64,000 bases of DNA, taken from positions 20,572 to 84,571 of the forward strand of contig CAWAYF010000025.1 of assembly GCA_963786135.1 (NCBI GenBank), written 5' to 3'. The notes under the pieces were generated by a model, which worked only from the letters and a program-made list of their open reading frames with translations, did not search any database and was not told where the DNA came from. Below are positions 56,977 to 64,000 of this stretch, in pieces. A program made the position numbers and the translations under genes. Numbering within the stretch: the first letter of the stretch is position 1; the number at the start of each line of letters is the position of its first letter. The stretch comes from an uncultured Verrucomicrobiae bacterium. Its GTDB lineage: Bacteria; Verrucomicrobiota; Verrucomicrobiia; Chthoniobacterales; UBA10450.

Positions 56977-59203
56977 TTACGGACGTTGCGTTGTCGTCTT
57001 CTTTACCGTCGAGCTGGCTGCCGTCTTTGGACCTTTGGAAAGGTCGACAAGGTCCGCCAGAATGTTGAGCGTTTCGTCGCGCTCGGGATCGATTGCCGGT
57101 TCTTTCGTGTCGTCGCCCGAACCGATCGTATCCGAATCGTCAGAATCGTCCGGCGCCGCTTCTGGTGAAACTTTGGTTACTCCATCTTTTTTCGCCTGCG
57201 CCAGTTTCCCAGGATACATGATCAACTGAAGATTCGGCTTATCGACATTGTCGAGGGTGACCCGATAGATGCTCGGTTCTTCTTCATGCCGGGCGAGACG
57301 CTCTTTGGACCGCACATCTTTGCGCGCCTTATCGTCTTGAAGTTCCTTCCGGCGCGCGTCCTCATTCAAGGTAATGCGATTTTCGTCAAGCTTTTGGCGG
57401 AGACGTTCCATGTCCTCCATCACGAAATGAAATTCCGGATTGTTTTGCACACGCTCGGCCGAACGCTGTTTCAATTCTTCGATGAACAACGGATGGCCCT
57501 CCGACCATTTGGTGTAACGCGCCTTTGGGCACTTCGTCGTAAGGGAGCGGATTCTTTAGCGCGCTTTCGCCAAACTCAGGTAAGATCGGTCAATGTCGGC
57601 AAAACAATATCGGACGCGACGCCGTGAAGTTGAGTCGATCCGCCCGCCACGCGATAGAATTTCTGAATGGTGAGTTTCAGCTCGCCGTCATCATCGGACC
57701 GGCTGCCAAGCAACGAAGTAAATCGTCCGATCGGCAGAATCGTTTGGACGGTGCCTTTGCCGAAAGTGTTTTTGTCGCCCACGATGATCGCGCGCCCATA
57801 ATCCTGGAGCGCCGCGGCGAAAATTTCGCTGGCCGACGCGCTTTGCCGGCTGGTCAAAACGATCAGGGGCCCGGCATAAGCGACGCCCGGATCGGGATCG
57901 CTCGAAACAACGATGTTTCCGTTGGAGCCTTTCGTTTGCACGATGGGCCCGGATTTCAAAAATAATCCGGTCAGCGAGATCGCTTCTTCGAGCGAGCCGC
58001 CGCCATTACGACGAAGATCGACCACGAGTCCCGACAATGTTTTCCTTCTTCAGACGCTTCAGCAACGCGAGCACGTCGCGGGTGGTGCTCTTGGAATGCC
58101 GGTCCATGTCGGCGTAGAACGAGGGCAAGGTAAGCCACCCGAGTTTCACAGGGTCGCCGTTTTCGTCCTTCTTAATAATAATGTCGGCACGAGCTTCCTG
58201 GTCTTTCAGCTTAATTTCATCGCGCACCAGGTCGACTGTCTTGCGCTGAGATGGATCGGGCGCGTTCGCCGGGAATCGCCAGCAACCGCACTTTGGTTCC
58301 TTTCTTGCCGCGAATCATTTCGACGACTTTGTCGAGACGCATGTCACGCACATCAACGAACTCGGTCTGCCCTTGCGCGACCGCGGTAATTCGATCGCCG
58401 ACTTTGAGGCGCCCGTCTGTCTGGGCGGGTCCGCCGGGAACAAGGCTTTCGATTTTCGCGTAGCCATCTTCGGTCCGCAGCATCGCGCCGATGCCGACCA
58501 GCGACAGACCCATTTGAATGTTGAAATTCTTAAAGTCGGCCTTGCTTAAATATTCCGAGTGCGGGTCGTAGGTTTGGGCCAGCGCATCGAGGTAAAGTTT
58601 CACCTGCTCGTCGCGATCTTCCTCGTGAACATTGCGGTCAATGCGATCGTAGCGGCGGGCAATCAGTTGCGGACCGGGTTCGATCGGATGCTCGCTTAAC
58701 TTTTCCTGAAGCAACTCGCTGGCGATACGGCCATGCCAAAGCTGGTCCGCGTCGGCCTCGTCTTTCGGCCAGGGCGCTTTTTCCCGACGCACTTCGACAG
58801 TGTCGTTCGTTTTGAAATCCATCGGCTGCTTAAGGAGTTCCTTCACCTTGGCCACTCGGTCGTCGACCCGCTTTTGGTAGAGATCGTAAATCTCGTAGGC
58901 CGGCTTCAAATTTCCCAGCAACACGTCATCGGCCAAAGCGGTGCCATATTTCGCCGTCAGGGCGTCGACATCCTTTTGAGTAAAGAAAAGGTGACTGAAA
59001 TCGAGCAGCTCGAGGTAGTTACGGAGGAACTTCTGGGAGACATCGGCGTTCAGTGGTTGATGGGTGTAATGACCTTCCTCAAGAAGCCGCCCGACTGAGA
59101 CGCAAATCTGCTCGGCGTCCGATTTTGCCTGGACGGCCTGAGGTGTAACGCCGGTGAAAGCGAGTGAAGTGACCGCAAGCAGCAGAGAAAGACGTGTTTT
59201 CAT
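56977..59203 (-). CDS. prc: tail-specific (C-terminal processing) S41 protease, three or more frame breaks
   Basis: MKTRLSLLLAVTSLAFTG... (ORF 58217..59305, PDZ region GIGAML..GGPA..GDRI), ORF 58006..58227, ORF 57576..58037 (LVVDLRRNGGGSL...LTSRQSASASEIFAAALQDYGRAIIVG..TFGKGTVQ) and the C-terminal ORF 56977..57489. Confidence 0.8.
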
Positions 59204-59399
59204 GAAATCGGCGCGGTCTCCACGTTCGCAGAGTTCGTGCCTAAAAGCAACCAATGACCCCGAATCGACATGTAAGCAGTTGAGACAATGATACGCCCAG
59301 AACATTCAAAATCTTTCAAGAACCGCGACCTGAGGCTGTCATCGGTTTATTCCCGAGCCCGGCTAGCTCCGACAGAGCGGCACGTTTAGACTGGGTGGA

Positions 59400-60011
59400 A
59401 TGAGATACGAGACGTTCTGTGGCGGGATTTTCGAAACGAACTGCTACCTTGTTCCCGCGCCAGAGGGATGGATCCTGTTCGATGCGCCGCAAGGGGCGGC
59501 TGATTGGGTCGCCTCGCAGAAGGTCGATCTAAAATTACTCTTGCTTACCCACGGACACATCGACCACGTCCAGGACGTGGCGGCTGTAAAGCAGCGCTTC
59601 GGCTGCCAGCTGGGCTGCCATCCCCTGACTGCGCCGATGATCTCAGACCCGAATTTCTTCCGGGACTTTGGCTTCGAGTTGGAAATCCAGCCTGCGAAGC
59701 CTGATTTCTTCGTTGAAGAAACTCCAAGCCAAAAATTTCTCGGCCTGGAAATGCAGGTGTTCGAAGTCCCGGGTCATTGTCCCGGGAGCCTTTGTTTTTT
59801 CTCGCGCCCGGACCAGTTGCTGATCGGTGGAGATGTTCTTTTCGCAGGCGGAGTGGGTCGGTGGGACCTGCCAGGTGGAGACGCCGATGTCCTGTTCAGC
59901 GGAATCCGCGAAAAACTTTTTCCGCTCGGTGACGCCGTGACCGTTTTGCCGGGCCATGGGCCACCGACGAAAATCGGAACCGAACGCATGACGAATCCGT
60001 TCGTCAGCTGA
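59400..60011 (+). CDS. MBL-fold metallo-hydrolase (glyoxalase II-like)
   Basis: Intact 203 aa with the motif LLLTHGHIDHV and downstream His/Asp ligands (VPGHCPG, GDVLF, LPGHG). Confidence 0.75.
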   Translation: MRYETFCGGIFETNCYLVPAPEGWILFDAPQGAADWVASQKVDLKLLLLTHGHIDHVQDVAAVKQRFGCQLGCHPLTAPMISDPNFFRDFGFELEIQPAKPDFFVEETPSQKFLGLEMQVFEVPGHCPGSLCFFSRPDQLLIGGDVLFAGGVGRWDLPGGDADVLFSGIREKLFPLGDAVTVLPGHGPPTKIGTERMTNPFVS

Positions 60012-60044
60012 CCCACTCGGGTCCAAAATTAATCCGGGAAAAAA

Positions 60045-61016
60045 TTACTGCAGACCGGCCAGAAGATTTTGGAATGATTCCAGACCGTCGATCTCACCGA
60101 CGATTTCGCGGAGCGAATTCATCGCTTTCGGAATGTGCTCAAGGAAATGCTTGTGCCCTTTGACCAGACCAAGAAATCCGTAGGCGCCCAAGGCCTGCAT
60201 TAACCGCTGCATCGCGCAAAGCCGGAGCGTCTTCTGGAAATCGCTGTCTGGCTTTCCACCGCAATAGTGTTCGAGCAATTCATTCCGCTCCGCGTCCGTG
60301 AGATCGACATACGGATCGTAGAGCAATGAGGCCAGATCATATTGCGGCAGCCCCGGCCGCATTCCCTGAAAATCGATCAGATAAGCCTGGCCATTTCGGA
60401 TCAAAATGTTTTGCGATTGAAAATCGCGATGGACGAGGACGCGCGGCCGCTGCGCCAAGTTCTCTGCGATCTCGTGCAAAACCGGCGCTGGCGCGAGGTT
60501 TTCGATTGTCGATTTATCGACTTCGAAATAGCGGCCGAGACAATTTTCGAAAAAGTAACTCTGCTCCCAGAGATAAAGCGGGGCGTTGAACTCGGCCGGC
60601 AAATGCTGCTGCATATCGGTGCAAACCGATTCCGGGAGCTGGTGAAGTTTGCGAGCTTCATCCAAAGCCGATTCATAAAATGCCCGCCGAACCAGCCAGG
60701 GCTCGGTTCGATAATTAAATAAATCGCTTTCTCCGAGGTCCTCCAACCAGATCAGGCCTTCGGTCACGTCGTGGTAATAAATTCTCGGCGCGCGGATCTC
60801 GTGGGACTCCAGAAACTGCGCGATTTCAACGTAATGACGGTTCTCGTCGCGCGAGAGATCGTACTTCACCAGAATCAACGACTGGTCTGACGAACAGCGG
60901 ACGCGATAAAATTTCCGGTCCGACCCGCCTTTTTCGATCGGCGTAATTTTTACTTCATCGACTTTGAACCGCGGAAAATGCCGTCGCGTTTGCCGAAGGA
61001 GGAGTTCGGTTTTCAT
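60045..61016 (-). CDS. aminoglycoside-phosphotransferase-fold sugar kinase (AmgK-like, tentative)
   Basis: Intact 323 aa with the APH/choline-kinase motifs LVHRDFQSQNILI and YLIDFQG. It lies adjacent to a nucleotidyltransferase gene, as in the AmgK/MurU pair. Confidence 0.55.
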   Translation of the reverse strand: MKTELLLRQTRRHFPRFKVDEVKITPIEKGGSDRKFYRVRCSSDQSLILVKYDLSRDENRHYVEIAQFLESHEIRAPRIYYHDVTEGLIWLEDLGESDLFNYRTEPWLVRRAFYESALDEARKLHQLPESVCTDMQQHLPAEFNAPLYLWEQSYFFENCLGRYFEVDKSTIENLAPAPVLHEIAENLAQRPRVLVHRDFQSQNILIRNGQAYLIDFQGMRPGLPQYDLASLLYDPYVDLTDAERNELLEHYCGGKPDSDFQKTLRLCAMQRLMQALGAYGFLGLVKGHKHFLEHIPKAMNSLREIVGEIDGLESFQNLLAGLQ

Positions 61017-61019
61017 GGT

Positions 61020-61965
61020 TTAGACGTCGATGTTGCGATGAATCCCGGTGACGGTTTTTCGGGCGCGGACAATACAACTAAACAGCTCGGCATTGGAAGC
61101 AATTTGTGAACCCGGCCACACAATTGTGTCTTCTAGCACTGCGTTCCCACCGACACGGCAATCCCGGCCGACGACCGAACAACCGCTGAGCCGCGCCCTG
61201 GGATCGACAACGGCAGTTGGGTGCACCGGCTCCAACCATTCCCGATCTTTTACGTAATCGAGTCGCCAACCGGCAAGGATCGCTCGATGGACGTCGAAAT
61301 ATTCGGCCCGCGATCCAAGATTGAACCAATTGCCGTCGTCCAAAACCACGCCTCCGATTTTGCCGCCTTGAGAAATCCAGTCCGCCAGAATCGGGATGAA
61401 GGATATCTTTTGGCCGGGCGGAATATGTTGGAAGACCGATCGATTCCAGACAGCGATGTTCGCAAAGTCGAAATTACCCGGGACACCGCGCCGGTTTGAG
61501 ATGTCGACCACGCGGCCGTCTTGAAAGGCGATCGCCGAACCCAACTTCGTTTTCCTCAGCGCGAGCGTGACCTCATTCGCCGCGATTGAAGTGTTCGTCA
61601 ATCAGCGGCCGCAAAGGGACGTCCGTTAGAATATCGCCGCTATAAGTAATGAATGGTTCACTGCCGAGCAGGGGCTCGATGTTTTTGATACCGCCGCCGG
61701 TCTCGAGCAGCACCGGTTCGTTCACCAAAGTGAGATCGACTCCGGCATAACGATTTTCCGGAAATGTTTCCGCGAATTTTTCCGGGAGCCTATGGGTATT
61801 GATGAAAAATTTTTGGATGCCGATGTCCATCAGGTGATCAAGCCCAAAAGTGATGAGCGGCTTTTGTAAAATGGGGATGAGTGGTTTGGGCAATTCGTCG
61901 GTCAACGGGCGAAGTCTTGTGCCAAGGCCCGCGCCAAGGACGAATGCTTGTTTGATCTCGGACAT
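61020..61965 (-). CDS. sugar-phosphate nucleotidyltransferase (MurU-like) with C-terminal hexapeptide-repeat region, one frame break
   Basis: ORF 61573..61965 starts FVLGAGLGTRLRPLTDELPKPLIPI. ORF 61020..61601 continues and ends in a left-handed-helix-like ...VVGRDCRVGGNAVLEDTIVWPGSQIASNAEL. Confidence 0.6.
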
Positions 61966-61982
61966 GGCGTTAAAAATCGAGC

Positions 61983-62480
61983 ATGCCCGAAGAAACCGTT
62001 TGGCGGGGGAGTGTGTCGCAATGGAAAAACTGCGGGTTCTTCGCTGTCCAAGCGGTGTTCGCGGCGCTGATCATTGTTATTTTTGTAATGACCCGTCGGA
62101 GCGCGCCCGAGATGAGGAACTTGAGTCCGTACATTTTAATTTTGCTGGCGGTCCCAATCCTTATCGCTGCGAGGCGTTATCTCCAAACGAAATGCACGAT
62201 CTACGAAGTCACCAATGAACGTCTGAAAACGACCGAAGGAGTTTTGAGCAAAGTGACCGACACGCTCGAGTTCTATCGAATCAAGGACATCGAGAGTAAG
62301 CAGCCGTTTCTTTATCGGCTATGTGGAATCGAGAACGTCCTGCTCAATACCTCCGACGCGTCATCGCCACTGGCAATAATTGAAGCGGTTCCCCGGCACG
62401 CGGGTCTTGCCGATCTGATCCGAAACCAGGTTGAAACCATTCGACAGCAAAAAGGCGTGCGGGAAGTCGACGTCGAATAG
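61983..62480 (+). CDS. bacterial PH-domain (DUF304/YdbS-like) membrane protein
   Basis: Intact 165 aa with two TM helices, then IYEVTNERLKTTEGVLSKVTDTLEFYRIKDIESKQPFLYRLCGIENVLL. Confidence 0.65.
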   Translation: MPEETVWRGSVSQWKNCGFFAVQAVFAALIIVIFVMTRRSAPEMRNLSPYILILLAVPILIAARRYLQTKCTIYEVTNERLKTTEGVLSKVTDTLEFYRIKDIESKQPFLYRLCGIENVLLNTSDASSPLAIIEAVPRHAGLADLIRNQVETIRQQKGVREVDVE

Positions 62481-62677
62481 TTGTCGGGCTTGAAAGTGCC
62501 TTTCGAACATCACCATCCGCCACTCGCGTGACGCCGTAAATCTTGTCGGGCAAATTACCGTGACATCGAAATCAAAGACGCGGCCAGTCCGATTTTCATG
62601 CACATTACCGGCAAGCTGCGGAGCAGACCGTTCCGGCGTACGGGTTGGATCGACGCTAAAAGAATAGTGGATTTGAG

Positions 62678-62995
62678 TTATCTCGGTGCAAGCTGCGTCA
62701 GACCTTGCTCGAGTTCGCTTAAAGAGAGGCGAATCCTGCGCGGATATTTATCAATCCAACGCTCGGAAATCTGCTTGAGCGGGGCGGGATTTAGATAATG
62801 GAGTTTTGCGCGACCGCGCCACAGTGGAACCACCAGCCCTGCCTTGATCAACAAACTCAGGTGCTTGCTAATTCCCTGCCGGGTCATGGCGAGGTGCCGG
62901 CAGAGCTCATTTAGAGTCTGACCGTTGTCTTGGTGAAGTTGATCGAGCAAGGCGCGGCGACTTGGGTCGGCCAGCGCTTTGAAGACGTCGTCCAT
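62678..62995 (-). CDS. ArsR/SmtB-family transcriptional regulator
   Basis: From internal Met: MDDVFKALADPSRRALLDQLHQDNGQTLNELCRHLAMTRQGISKHLSLLIKAGLV (winged helix-turn-helix). Confidence 0.8.
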   Translation of the reverse strand: MDDVFKALADPSRRALLDQLHQDNGQTLNELCRHLAMTRQGISKHLSLLIKAGLVVPLWRGRAKLHYLNPAPLKQISERWIDKYPRRIRLSLSELEQGLTQLAPR

Positions 62996-63103
62996 TAGAA
63001 ATATGCAACCAAACGGTTGCATATTCTTTCCAACCAGGCAAATGATGCCGCTATAGAGGCGCTAGTCTATGAATCAACTAGCGAACGACCGGACCGAGCC
63101 GGA

Positions 63104-63982
63104 TCAGGTCTTCTTCAAGTAGAGCGTGCGCGTGCCGAAGTCGATAATGCCGTGATGCCGGTTGAGTATTTCGGCACCAAGCAGTCCAACCGCCGGCGGA
63201 GAGAGCTGCAACGCCTCGTGCAAAATGCCGCCTAAATCGATCACGCCTACATCATTCCGGCCAATGTCGACGACGCCAACCGACAGTTTCCGAATCCGGG
63301 CAACGTCCAAGTCTTCTTCCTTGAGATTGATCGCGGCTGACGCTAACCGCGTCTGTTCGGTCGGAATGTGCAAACGACGGACGAAAGGCCTATGCAAAAG
63401 CGTCGCGAAGGCGCCAGTATCGACCATCAGCCGAGCTTGCGAACCGTTAACCAAACCATCGACGTACAAATTGGAACCGTCGGTCACAAACATCGGCACT
63501 TTTTGAAAACCGCGGAAATCGAGACCGGGCACGGGCAGGGGTTGGTCTGGCTGAAGGTTTAGGATCAGAAGTTGTCGCTGGCAATCCAGGACGGCCCTGC
63601 TGGCAAAAAGAACATCGGTCCCAAGAATTCCATCCGCCTGTTGTTCGTGCAGACTGCGCGCGAGGTGGCGTGGCCCGCTCAGGTCGGCGGAAATCGCGGG
63701 CAGCTCTCCTACAGTCAGTCCACCGAGGCGCAGGGTGTGCGCCATCACTAAACGATTGTAGGAACCGTTGACCCTGACCCGCGCGGGATATTTCGAATCG
63801 GCAGGGACCTCGCTCACTCCAAAATGGCTGCGTCGCTTTGAAGCGATAACCGTCCCCGGCGATCCGCTGTCAACGATCAGCAACGCCGGCTTACCATTGA
63901 TCCAGGCATGGACGAGCAAATGGTTTTGTCGGGAGCGGACCAGTGGAAGCGCTTCGAACTGGGCAGCTTGTCGCTCGGCCAA
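63104..63982 (-). CDS. tandem retropepsin-like aspartic protease domains; 5' end may lie beyond the annotated start or the window
   Basis: Two D-[ST]-G motifs in retropepsin context: NGKPALLIVDSGSPGTVI and NGSQARLMVDTGAFATLL. The second is followed by GAEILNRHHGIIDFG. Confidence 0.6.
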   Translation of the reverse strand: MAERQAAQFEALPLVRSRQNHLLVHAWINGKPALLIVDSGSPGTVIASKRRSHFGVSEVPADSKYPARVRVNGSYNRLVMAHTLRLGGLTVGELPAISADLSGPRHLARSLHEQQADGILGTDVLFASRAVLDCQRQLLILNLQPDQPLPVPGLDFRGFQKVPMFVTDGSNLYVDGLVNGSQARLMVDTGAFATLLHRPFVRRLHIPTEQTRLASAAINLKEEDLDVARIRKLSVGVVDIGRNDVGVIDLGGILHEALQLSPPAVGLLGAEILNRHHGIIDFGTRTLYLKKT

Positions 63983-64000
63983 AGATGCAGAACGCGCCGA

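Noticed and set aside
62481-62677. A possible SRPBCC/AHSA1-like gene downstream of the ArsR regulator (the ...RVFDFDVTVICPTRFTASREW... segment of ORF 62361..62603).
   Set aside because: Only about 60 residues show vague resemblance. The ORF overlaps the 3' end of the plus-strand PH-domain gene and lacks the family N-terminus. It was not supportable.

Overview
64-kb chromosomal window from a moderately GC-rich bacterium. The PEP-CTERM-like sorting signal, the many prepilin-type N-terminal proteins and the gene content suggest a Verrucomicrobiota-like lineage; this is inference and cannot be verified here. The backbone is housekeeping: hisC, mnmE, pyrD, apbC/mrp, pyrR-pyrB-pyrC, sufCBD, tRNA-Gln(UUG), lysA, an ECF-sigma envelope module, gdhA, dnaK, groES-groEL, thyA, prc, and an amgK/murU-like pair. 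About twenty of these conserved genes are split over 2-5 overlapping ORFs in the track. Each rebuilds into a full-length protein when the pieces are joined, so assembly indels are more likely than true pseudogenes. Other long ORFs (4.4 kb giant ORF, groEL, hisC, TPR) are intact. Two accessory insertions stand out. (1) An 8.8-kb integrase-less island lies between tRNA-Gln and a perfect 40-bp copy of its 3' end. It carries a translationally coupled operon (FecR-like proteins, a 1462-aa Gly/Thr/Asn-rich repeat protein with no signal peptide, a small outer-membrane beta-barrel). Three tandem small ORFs with a shared Lys-rich ...KGG leader are transcribed divergently from it. (2) A segment that looks AT-richer by eye, next to groEL, encodes a Swt1-like HEPN (Rx4H) protein, a 2-TM GAF-domain protein and a 65-aa ORF; this is a candidate defence-type module. 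The window also holds at least three families of short structured intergenic repeats (one apparently inserted in-frame in a gene), a PyrR-box hairpin that buries the pyrR ribosome-binding site, and a GH75 chitosanase-like gene with a 78-bp tandem duplication. No rRNA, CRISPR array, transposase or integrase was recognised.
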